Shown here one piece after another: positions 49,222 to 58,206 of a stretch of 64,000 nt of DNA (positions within the stretch are counted from its first letter, which is position 1; every line of letters starts with the position of its first letter). The notes below the pieces were generated by a model. It was not told the DNA's origin. It ran no database searches and saw nothing but the letters and a program-made list of their open reading frames with translations. Source of the stretch: a virus (lineage: Duplodnaviria > Heunggongvirae > Uroviricota > Caudoviricetes). The stretch lies in IMG/VR virus record IMGVR_UViG_3300006204_000001. The stretch is one strand, 5' to 3'. The translations under genes and the position numbers were made by a program.

Positions 49222-49653
49222 ATGTTAAATACACCAGTAAGAAAAATCATTGAAAGAATGAGGAAATGCGGATCTCATACTATTATCTGTAACAATAAAA
49301 CAAAAATCATTATCCAAGATTTGGGATTAAGATCAATTGATCAGCCAATCAGCAAAATAAAATGGAATCCAGATGGCAGCATGAAAGTTATGCGCCGTTT
49401 CTTTGTGACTATTGTTGAGTCACCAAGAAGCGTGATGAAGTATATTCCTAAAAATAAGAATCATTGGTTATATGAACCAGAAAGCAATTATAACTTCTTT
49501 AATGAGAATGATTATTATCTTACGGAGCGGGAACTAAATGAGTTTATCAGCGATAATGATGATGTTGACATATATGAAACCTGTTGTGTACATGAATATA
49601 TGTTAGCCGATATGGAAGATATGTATAAAGAATTTGAAAAGAGTATGGCTTAG
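49222..49653 (+). CDS. Hypothetical protein
   Basis: RBS AAGGTGG. Confidence 0.7.
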   Translation: MLNTPVRKIIERMRKCGSHTIICNNKTKIIIQDLGLRSIDQPISKIKWNPDGSMKVMRRFFVTIVESPRSVMKYIPKNKNHWLYEPESNYNFFNENDYYLTERELNEFISDNDDVDIYETCCVHEYMLADMEDMYKEFEKSMA

Positions 49654-49690
49654 GCTGTACTCTCTTCTATTTTTGCGAGAGGAGAAAAAT

Positions 49691-50047
49691 ATGAATAAAA
49701 ATGTATATAATCTTTATTTAAAATCTTTAAAAGATTTAAGTAAAGAAGAATTAATCCAAAAAATAATAGCAGCTAACGAAATTATTGTTTCTGACAGAGA
49801 ATTTGCAAATCATTGTTTAGCATCAAGTACAGTGGCAAATATGAATGAAATATTTAGACTTAATAATTTATTACAAAAGAAACATAGCTACAAAATTGCA
49901 GATAATCTTGAAGAAGCTATTAATAAAGCAGAACATAATTGGAATTTTATTGTATCAGAATTGGAATCAATGAAAGAAAGTAATCGAGTAGACGAAAGAT
50001 TATCATTGTTGATAGATGATATAAAACTTTGGAAAGATGAGGTGTAG
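49691..50047 (+). CDS. Hypothetical protein (start at the RBS-supported ATG)
   Basis: GAGGAG before MNKNVY. Confidence 0.7.
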   Translation: MNKNVYNLYLKSLKDLSKEELIQKIIAANEIIVSDREFANHCLASSTVANMNEIFRLNNLLQKKHSYKIADNLEEAINKAEHNWNFIVSELESMKESNRVDERLSLLIDDIKLWKDEV

Positions 50048-50252
50048 CATAATGAATGGATGTATGAACATTAAAGAAGGATACAATGAATATTCTGATA
50101 AAACTTTTGCATGTGATCAATTTGGTTGTGTATATTGTACTAACAATGGAAGATGCATATATAATATAGCTACATTACAACAAGAAGTAGCAAGAGCATG
50201 TCATCATGATATTGTTCAAGCTGATAGGGAAATGGAATTAGATTTTTTATGA
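50037..50252 (+). CDS. Small Cys-rich protein
   Basis: C...GC.YC...G.C cluster. Confidence 0.6.
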   Translation: MRCSIMNGCMNIKEGYNEYSDKTFACDQFGCVYCTNNGRCIYNIATLQQEVARACHHDIVQADREMELDFL

Positions 50253-50284
50253 TGTCGGTGCTCATTAAAAAGGAGGAAATAAAA

Positions 50285-50476
50285 ATGAGAGAATTTGGTA
50301 CAGAACCTTATGGAGATAAAGATGGTTTTAAAGTTATTTGCAATAAGTGTGGAAAGGAAGCTTCTATAGTTCCTATCAGTTATTATGAAGATGGTAATTA
50401 TGATAATCCTATAAAGATAGTATTGGAGATTAGATGTACATGTGGTAATAAATATGGTAGTACTATACATTCTTAA
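50285..50476 (+). CDS. Small zinc-ribbon protein
   Basis: CNKC...CTCG; RBS AAGGAGG. Confidence 0.65.
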   Translation: MREFGTEPYGDKDGFKVICNKCGKEASIVPISYYEDGNYDNPIKIVLEIRCTCGNKYGSTIHS

Positions 50477-50648
50477 AATTATAATAAAATTTATTACGAT
50501 TACAGCTATAGCTGTAATCTATTTTTATTCATCTAATAATAGGAGCTATTAGCTCCTATTATTTTTTATTGTATATTTCTTTTATTATATTATATATTCT
50601 AAAAATGATACATGATAAAGAATATAACTAAAAATAGGAGGAAAATTT

Positions 50649-51131
50649 ATGTTAGAAGTAATTAATGAAGTTGTAAGTATTAACGATATGGAGGCTTTCA
50701 TTATTCCTAATGGAGCTTTCATGGCAAAGGATATTCTTTGTGATGGACCAAGAAACAGGATGATCTTAGTATTAGACAGAATAGGAAAGGCATCAGGTTT
50801 TGAAGCTTTTGATCCTGAAAAAGATTTGTTGGTTGATCTTTGGTACTGCAGCAAGGAAGCAGAATCTGATAATATCTGTGATCATGGCTTCAAACTTACC
50901 GGTTCACCAGATGATATTTTCAAAGGCAATTATCTCAGTGACATCAAATCCATACCAGTAAAATGGTTGCAGGGTTTGAAAGAAGGAGAAAGTTTTAACA
51001 TGATAGTACCTTATCATGAAAAAATCAAATTCATTCTTCATATCACTACTGCGCAGAGTAAGTACAGGTATAAAAATTATGGTACATTTGAAAATGCAGT
51101 AAACCTGAGTGTGGATTCCTATAAGAGATAA
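50649..51131 (+). CDS. Hypothetical protein
   Basis: RBS AGGAGG, early-type motif at ~50590. Confidence 0.7.
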   Translation: MLEVINEVVSINDMEAFIIPNGAFMAKDILCDGPRNRMILVLDRIGKASGFEAFDPEKDLLVDLWYCSKEAESDNICDHGFKLTGSPDDIFKGNYLSDIKSIPVKWLQGLKEGESFNMIVPYHEKIKFILHITTAQSKYRYKNYGTFENAVNLSVDSYKR

Positions 51132-51202
51132 AAACTAAATATGGAACTATTAATTGGGGGATTATTGCAATAATCCCCTATTTTTAAATGGAGGTATTCA
51201 TT

Positions 51203-51826
51203 ATGAGTAACAAAGCAAAGGTAGCAGTTGGAACAGTAGTTGGTTTTATAGGTGGTTTTTTAATTGGAGTATTTCTTATGCTTGCAGTAACCGTAGCATT
51301 TTTAACAGTTCCTTATGAAGAAGAACCAGTGGCAGCAAATAATCAACAGGAAATTATTGACCCTGTTGAAGATCCAGTAGTATCATTTAATACTAATACA
51401 AATTACGGAAATATGAACGACAACATTGGAATGACAAATAATGATATAGCAGCTGAAGAATATTCAGAAGAAATATTTGAAGCTACTATTGAAGACTTCA
51501 TGAGAAATCCAAAAGAATATAGAGGAACTTCATATCATATGGAAAACCTGGAAGTTATATCCGATTATAGTGGCGGTATAACAAATGAAGGATTATATGA
51601 AAATATAACCATTGATAATTTTAAAATTTATGATTCTGCATACAAATGTTATGTTAGAGATGTAAATGGGGTTTCAAATGAAGTTATTATAATAGATGAC
51701 AACAATGTTCTTGCTGGTTCAAGATGGCTAGAGGGAGACGAGATATCTTCATTGGATGCTGAGTTTGTGAACAGACTGGATGGATTTAATCTGCCAGTAT
51801 TTATATTAATATCAGTAGAACAATAA
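51203..51826 (+). CDS. Membrane-anchored protein with acidic extracellular domain
   Basis: N-terminal TM helix; RBS GGAGG. Confidence 0.7.
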   Translation: MSNKAKVAVGTVVGFIGGFLIGVFLMLAVTVAFLTVPYEEEPVAANNQQEIIDPVEDPVVSFNTNTNYGNMNDNIGMTNNDIAAEEYSEEIFEATIEDFMRNPKEYRGTSYHMENLEVISDYSGGITNEGLYENITIDNFKIYDSAYKCYVRDVNGVSNEVIIIDDNNVLAGSRWLEGDEISSLDAEFVNRLDGFNLPVFILISVEQ

Positions 51827-51849
51827 ATAAGAAAGGGGAATGTGATGAT

Positions 51850-52632
51850 ATGAAGACACTATTAATAAGACAATATTCAAGTAATAAATCAGATGATATC
51901 GACTATGTATCATCATTACTTGAGAAAGATCACAGGAGACCATCTTTTGATTCAAGCGAATTATCATTATTTCTTGAGAGGAATAATGGTTATAACTGTA
52001 AAATGAGTTTTGAAAAATCTACATTAACAAATGGCGATTATGATAAATCATTAATCGCAATTATGCCATCCAGTATTAGAATAATCTATGATGATTATGA
52101 TGATACTTTAATTGGTGATAAAGTGTTACTTCCAATGTTAAACAATATTGAAGTCACTAATTTATATTATCACGATGCATTCATTCTTGAAGTAGCCACA
52201 GCGGAAGATAGGAAATTATTTGATATTATGAATGATTCAGATTCAGTTTGCTGGCATCGAAATCCAAGTAATGGTAAATTCAATCAGATAACTAAAAAGC
52301 AAATTGGGAAATGCATTGTGAAAGCTAAGGAACTCGTAAATTTTGTTTCAATTGAATTTCCAGCTAGTATGGGTAACTTCAAGTTTGATGGCAGATTTTC
52401 TATTAATGTTCCAGGAAAAAATCTTCAAATGTTTACTCTTAACATTATTGATTGGAATAATAATGAAAATCATTCTGGTTGCAGATATGAATTGACAGAT
52501 TATGACGGTAACACACATCAATCAGATGATGATGGATTATTGTATTTCAACAAAATGTCATTCCATGGAGTCCATCTTACAGATGAAAATAATAAGTATA
52601 TTGGATTCTTCAAATTAGATGTAATATCATAA
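51850..52632 (+). CDS. Hypothetical protein
   Basis: 260-aa ORF. Confidence 0.7.
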   Translation: MKTLLIRQYSSNKSDDIDYVSSLLEKDHRRPSFDSSELSLFLERNNGYNCKMSFEKSTLTNGDYDKSLIAIMPSSIRIIYDDYDDTLIGDKVLLPMLNNIEVTNLYYHDAFILEVATAEDRKLFDIMNDSDSVCWHRNPSNGKFNQITKKQIGKCIVKAKELVNFVSIEFPASMGNFKFDGRFSINVPGKNLQMFTLNIIDWNNNENHSGCRYELTDYDGNTHQSDDDGLLYFNKMSFHGVHLTDENNKYIGFFKLDVIS

Positions 52633-52645
52633 GGAGGAAATAAAT

Positions 52646-52864
52646 ATGATTATGTTTAAGAAATTTTCATTCACAATAAATGATTATAAAGCGAGTGATA
52701 AAGATTTAGAAAGGATTACTGATAAAATTAATCAGTTTATTTCTGAAGAAAATATCAAAAAGAATGATATCAAAGATATAAATTATTCATCTAAAGTGTA
52801 TGATTCGAATCCAGTGCATCCGTCTTCAGGTGTAACTGTAATATTATTCTATTGGAAGGATTAA
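52646..52864 (+). CDS. Small hypothetical protein
   Basis: RBS AAGGAGG. Confidence 0.65.
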   Translation: MIMFKKFSFTINDYKASDKDLERITDKINQFISEENIKKNDIKDINYSSKVYDSNPVHPSSGVTVILFYWKD

Positions 52865-52873
52865 AACAAATAA

Positions 52874-52906
52874 AAATAGAGCTGGTTTATTATACCAGCT
52901 CTATTT
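52874..52906. terminator. Bidirectional terminator
   Basis: AAATAGAGCTGGT/ACCAGCTCTATTT between convergent genes. Confidence 0.75.
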
Positions 52907-52910
52907 ATTT

Positions 52911-55520
52911 TTATCCTTCATATCCAGCTGGATATTTAATATCGATGATTGGTCTATCTGCTTTAGGTATTGGAGTTGCCATTATTTTTTTATAACATGC
53001 AAGAAGTTGTGTACGTATAGCTTCCAATTGGGGTTTTGTATGAGGTACTACATATTTATTACTTCCAACTTCTAATAATTCTATATACCATTCCACTATC
53101 TCTAATTTACCAAGACAATATGATGCAATCATCATTTTATCATTAGCATCTTTGATAGCTTCTGTCTCTATAGAAATATATGCTACTAAGTCTGATGGAA
53201 TCTTTTTTAATTTTTTAACAAAGAATTTTTCATACATTGCTTTTGTTTCTTTGTCTGCATTCATCATACCTTCATGATCAATATTCTCTGATATAAATTT
53301 AGATTCACTATCTTTGATTTTATCATTAAATTTATTATGATAATAATCATCAATAGCTTCTGATAAATATGATAATTCTCTCATATTATCAGAATCATCA
53401 CATGCTTCTCTTAAAGCTTTAACCATTTCTTTTACATCATCTACAATCTTTTTCTTTTCATTTTCAGGAGATGCATATTTAGAGTAAATACCTCTAATGA
53501 ATCTATTAATTGTATTAATATCCTCTTGTGATATTTTAAATGTATCCTTATTATCCATTTTTACATCATCGAATACAAATAATAACTTCATAGGATAAAT
53601 TACTAAACCTGATAATTTAGTTGTAGATACTAAATGTTTTAGATTATGATTCATTTTCATAATTTCACTAGTTAAGTGTTTAGCATATTTTTCTATTTTA
53701 GAATCATAATATTGAATAGCAGCTTTAAAGAAATTAAATGCATCATCAGGATTTTTCATTGTATGAAATATTCTAGGTGACATTTTAATTTTTATTTCTG
53801 GTATTCTATGTAAAAATGCATTAATTGGTTCTCTACCATCTACAAATCTAGCTATAAAATCTTGACTCATAGTAGGTATCTTAAATTCAAGAGTATTATA
53901 TGACTGATATGAATTCAATGTAATAGTAAACTTTTTAAATCCATTAGCCCATTTAGGTAACAGATTTTTTGTGATAATATTAGCATATATATTAGCCGTA
54001 TATTGACTCATCTTATATTTATTATCTTTAGTAGATGTCTTATTGATAATATCCTGTGATAACGTACGTAAAGTAGCTTTAGCTTGTTTCTCAGTCATGT
54101 CTGTATTATATTCTTTCTTATAATCAGGATTGGACTCAGGATCAACTGATTCTGTTATTTTATTGATATTATCACTAATAACGATCATATCTGCATGTTC
54201 ATATATATCATTTAATGATTCCCTAAATGATTCATAAAAATCATTTAAATTAAAATCAGATGTTGTAATTCCATTTAACATAGCTATCATATTATTCATT
54301 TTAGCATTTTCATAATATTCAGGATTTCTCTTTTTATCTTTCTTAGATGGATGATTATATACAATATCACCATTAGCTGCATCTCTTGAATTAATATCAT
54401 CCATTTTAGCCCCTCGGGCATATTTTAAATGTTCTATACCACTGATCATATCACTTGTTTTATCAACTACTTCACCTTCAAAATCAGTATAGCGAAGTTT
54501 ACCTTTAGGAAGTTTAGTTGTTTTAAATGATGAATTGTCATCAATTTCTCCAACTTTAACTACAGGGAATTCATCCTTTGAAACATTTTTTTCTATATAT
54601 GATTTATCTGATTTCGTCAATTCTAAATATTTAAATGAAGATCTAGCAGGTAAATAAAATAAACCTATAACTCTTGATTCTTTTAATCTTTCACCAGTTT
54701 TTCTATCTATGATAGCAAGAACTTTTTGTCCATGTGATGCATGATCAGGATCACCTTTTTTGTTTATAGTCTTTTTCACTTTATCTGTAGTTTCTTTAGA
54801 TGTTCTAAGTTCAATATTTTTTTCAGACTTTTTATGTCCATACTCTTTATTTTTATATGCACCACCAGCCATATCTATTTTGGCATCATCTAATGAATAT
54901 ACTATTTTGATTGCATGACCTGTATCATAATCAAAACCAAGTCTAAAATCATATTTTAATTTACTATGAGATTTTTCCAATAAATATTCTAATTCATCAA
55001 TATCATATGATTCATATAATTCTTTTGCTTCTTTATATATCCTTTCACGTCTATCAAAGAATAAATCCCATATTTCTTTAGATTCTTTATTTGATAAATA
55101 AATATCAAAACCTTCATATGATTCCCCATTACTAGATTCATTATCTAGTTTAACATCATATTTTTTTCTAATAATTCCTCTTACATTTTGGAATAAATCA
55201 TTTATTAATTCACTTAATAACGTTTCTATCCAACCATATTGATGATTAGTAAAATGACCTGTTACTTGAATCATACATTCATATTTTTTTCCATTCTTAT
55301 ATACTCTAACAGATCCACATTCAGTATTTCCTCCAGGTTTAGTACAAAAATCATCAATACATGACATAGCCCAACTAGAAGATTTTAAATCTGAATAAGA
55401 ATCTTTATCTATTAAACGATACATCTCATCTTTAATAATCTTATTTATATCAATAATCTTCTTTTGAATATTATCAGGTAAGTCTTTAAGATATCCATCT
55501 TTAACTTTACTTCTTTTCAT
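52911..55520 (-). CDS. Large putative head protein (869 aa)
   Basis: Downstream of the capsid gene; xxE-S/A motifs; C-terminal IDIKYPAGYEG. Confidence 0.65.
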   Translation of the reverse strand: MKRSKVKDGYLKDLPDNIQKKIIDINKIIKDEMYRLIDKDSYSDLKSSSWAMSCIDDFCTKPGGNTECGSVRVYKNGKKYECMIQVTGHFTNHQYGWIETLLSELINDLFQNVRGIIRKKYDVKLDNESSNGESYEGFDIYLSNKESKEIWDLFFDRRERIYKEAKELYESYDIDELEYLLEKSHSKLKYDFRLGFDYDTGHAIKIVYSLDDAKIDMAGGAYKNKEYGHKKSEKNIELRTSKETTDKVKKTINKKGDPDHASHGQKVLAIIDRKTGERLKESRVIGLFYLPARSSFKYLELTKSDKSYIEKNVSKDEFPVVKVGEIDDNSSFKTTKLPKGKLRYTDFEGEVVDKTSDMISGIEHLKYARGAKMDDINSRDAANGDIVYNHPSKKDKKRNPEYYENAKMNNMIAMLNGITTSDFNLNDFYESFRESLNDIYEHADMIVISDNINKITESVDPESNPDYKKEYNTDMTEKQAKATLRTLSQDIINKTSTKDNKYKMSQYTANIYANIITKNLLPKWANGFKKFTITLNSYQSYNTLEFKIPTMSQDFIARFVDGREPINAFLHRIPEIKIKMSPRIFHTMKNPDDAFNFFKAAIQYYDSKIEKYAKHLTSEIMKMNHNLKHLVSTTKLSGLVIYPMKLLFVFDDVKMDNKDTFKISQEDINTINRFIRGIYSKYASPENEKKKIVDDVKEMVKALREACDDSDNMRELSYLSEAIDDYYHNKFNDKIKDSESKFISENIDHEGMMNADKETKAMYEKFFVKKLKKIPSDLVAYISIETEAIKDANDKMMIASYCLGKLEIVEWYIELLEVGSNKYVVPHTKPQLEAIRTQLLACYKKIMATPIPKADRPIIDIKYPAGYEG

Positions 55521-55577
55521 TATTATCTACTCCTTTATTATAGTTTATAATTTTTATAGTCTGGTAAATAAATAAGT

Positions 55578-55615
55578 AATATAGTAAGTGAGCTAAATAG
55601 CTCACTTACTATATT
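55578..55615 (-). terminator. Strong hairpin after the capsid gene
   Basis: 18-bp arms AATATAGTAAGTGAGCTA/TAGCTCACTTACTATATT. Confidence 0.7.
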
Positions 55616-55658
55616 TTGAGGATTTTATTATGTCAGTGAAAAAGAATAATACCCAATT

Positions 55659-57497
55659 TTATGCTGCTGCCTTCCAAGGTGCACCTGTAATAGGAGGTCT
55701 AGAAGGAGCATCTCCATATACTTTATCAGAATTAAGAATAATAAGATCAGCCTGAATACCCTGAATACTCATTGTCTTAAATCTTGCTGTTGCAGTTACG
55801 ATATTATATGCACCTGCAGGAGCCTGAGGACTCTGATAAGCTGTCTGAGATTGAGAAGTAAACAGATGATTTGTATACTTCAAATGTCTATATGACACAT
55901 GATCAGGACTTGTAGGATATCCATAAATATGAAGTACAAGCTCTCTGTTATTTGTTTCATCAACTGGATCAATTGTATATGCATCATAAAGATTAGATGC
56001 AACTACTCTAATGTTAGCACCAAGATCAGAAGCAAAACCATATGATCCATTACACTTAATACCTCCAATAGAAGTTCCAGATGACTGCTTCCATTGAATA
56101 TACTCTGTAAGCAACTGTGTAGCCATTGGATTGCCAGTAATTACAAATGAAAGATCATCCAACTTTGTAAGTTCTGTTAACTGATAAATGATGGAACGAA
56201 GTCTAAACTGAATAGCTGAAGCTACATACTTAAACGGATCTCCAGCATAACCTGCAGGAGGCTTAATATCACATGTATAAGTCTGAGCCAATGATTCAAG
56301 TTTATACGTATCAGTTGTAACACCATTAAACTTAGCCTGTTCATCACATAAGAACTTGATAACTGTCATGCACTCTTCCATTTCCTGAGTCTTTGTAATC
56401 TCATCAACCATTCTATTGTAATAGTTGATATCAAGAAGAGCTGCAGCATCATCGATCTGCTCAATTGTGAATGGCATGTTCCAACGAGGACCATCCTCAA
56501 TAGTAAAACGAATAATATCACGTTTCTCTCTTACAGATACACTTCTAAGATTCTTCTCATTGGAAAGATATCCAGAGAATACTACACCAGTAACCTGTCC
56601 AGAAGTAGATGCAATACTTACTGTACCATTCTTGAAGTCTACACGTCCGCCAAGTTCATCTTCAACATGAGTTCCATTATAATCAAAATCAAGATTACCA
56701 TTTACAAATGTACCATTTGTCGAGAACTCAACTGTGATACCATTACCATTCAAAGGAATAGTCTCATCACCAACCTGAACTGCAATAATCTTAAACTGGA
56801 ATGATAACTGATCAAGACCTTTTGTACCATCTGTAAGATTAGTAATAATATCATATTTACTCAATCTTCCATTTACAAAAGGAACAACAACTTCTTTGAT
56901 CTTATGACCCTTAGCTGCATCATAAATCTTTTCCCATGTACCATCAAACATACACTTAGGATATTCATACTCATCGCCAGTATTGTTATCAATAAGATAT
57001 GTTGTTCTAATATGCTTAACGATATTAGGTGTCTTAACAGACTCAACCTCAATAATATCTTTAAGAATAGAACTAAAGAACTGTTTAACGAGTACAGGGA
57101 ATTCAAGTGTAGCAATTGGCAAAAATGCAGTAATAGCTGCAGACTCAGTATAATTCTTAACCTTTGTATCCCAGAAGTTGTTAACCTGATCAATTACATA
57201 CTCAATATGAGGATCATTTTCTGATGTTTGACGATAAGCCTCAAATACAGGTTCCAATAGAGCTTCCTTATATCCATTCATGAATTCTCTATCAGAGATC
57301 ATCTTGGTGATATCTCTCTTAATATCGATTCCTCTTTCTTTATAGCCTTCACAAATTGAACTAAAATGATCATCGAATGACTGTACATTTCCATCTGCAC
57401 TTTTAGCATTAAAAGCAGATGCTGAAGTTACAGGATTTTCTTTTCTTGATGCTTCACTTGCTGATTCATAAAACCAGCTAACCTTATTTGTAGTCAT
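55659..57497 (-). CDS. Major capsid protein precursor (putative)
   Basis: 612 aa; propeptide ending YTES-AAITAFLPIATLEFP; T.EQ..D..A motif; codon bias of a highly expressed gene. Confidence 0.75.
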   Translation of the reverse strand: MTTNKVSWFYESASEASRKENPVTSASAFNAKSADGNVQSFDDHFSSICEGYKERGIDIKRDITKMISDREFMNGYKEALLEPVFEAYRQTSENDPHIEYVIDQVNNFWDTKVKNYTESAAITAFLPIATLEFPVLVKQFFSSILKDIIEVESVKTPNIVKHIRTTYLIDNNTGDEYEYPKCMFDGTWEKIYDAAKGHKIKEVVVPFVNGRLSKYDIITNLTDGTKGLDQLSFQFKIIAVQVGDETIPLNGNGITVEFSTNGTFVNGNLDFDYNGTHVEDELGGRVDFKNGTVSIASTSGQVTGVVFSGYLSNEKNLRSVSVREKRDIIRFTIEDGPRWNMPFTIEQIDDAAALLDINYYNRMVDEITKTQEMEECMTVIKFLCDEQAKFNGVTTDTYKLESLAQTYTCDIKPPAGYAGDPFKYVASAIQFRLRSIIYQLTELTKLDDLSFVITGNPMATQLLTEYIQWKQSSGTSIGGIKCNGSYGFASDLGANIRVVASNLYDAYTIDPVDETNNRELVLHIYGYPTSPDHVSYRHLKYTNHLFTSQSQTAYQSPQAPAGAYNIVTATARFKTMSIQGIQADLIILNSDKVYGDAPSRPPITGAPWKAAA

Positions 57498-57569
57498 GAT
57501 TAAATCTCTCCTTTTCTAAAATAATTTTTTTGGTCCACAATGTTGTGAATTTTTAACATATGGTTATTA

Positions 57570-57581
57570 TATTACTATGTT
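57570..57581 (-). promoter_or_regulatory. Late-promoter-like AACA-N6-TA
   Basis: AACA TAGTAA TA upstream of the capsid gene. Confidence 0.45.
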
Positions 57582-58187
57582 TTATTGCTGTTCTTTAATA
57601 CCTTTATGGATGTTTTTATCAAACATTATATTAGCTAACTGCAATAAATTCAAACACTTGTTAAAAAATAGTAGATTATCTGAGAAATCAGTATTAGTGA
57701 ATTTATGTTTTAAATATAAATGAATATTTTCATCTAATCTTTCTAAGATTTTTAATGTATCTATCATCTTATCCGATAATACAAAAAGTATATCACTATT
57801 CTTCTTAACAGCTGTTAATTGTGTTTGGACTTTGTTTAATAGTGATAAAAATCTTTGATATAATTTTTGATTTATTATAGCAGAAATCTTTTCACTTAAC
57901 TGCATATTAGTTTGATTATTAGTAAGATCTTCTAAACCATCTGTATCAAATTCTTCATTAGATTCATCATCTATATTTTCAAAAGATTCATCGTCATTAA
58001 AATCCATATCAGGTGGTGCTTGATCACTCATATCATCAGAATTGCTATCTCCACCAGTTGGCATATCTGGTGGAGAAGAATCTTCTATATTTTGGTTATC
58101 ACTACTTATATCAGGAGGATCATTTTCAGCTTCTTTATAATATTTATTATTGTACATTTGAAGCCAATCCTCAAATCCAACTCCCAT
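57582..58187 (-). CDS. Acidic putative head/scaffold protein
   Basis: PPD repeats, D/E-rich N-half, directly upstream of the capsid gene. Confidence 0.6.
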   Translation of the reverse strand: MGVGFEDWLQMYNNKYYKEAENDPPDISSDNQNIEDSSPPDMPTGGDSNSDDMSDQAPPDMDFNDDESFENIDDESNEEFDTDGLEDLTNNQTNMQLSEKISAIINQKLYQRFLSLLNKVQTQLTAVKKNSDILFVLSDKMIDTLKILERLDENIHLYLKHKFTNTDFSDNLLFFNKCLNLLQLANIMFDKNIHKGIKEQQ

Positions 58188-58206
58188 TTATAATCTCCTT
58201 TCTATA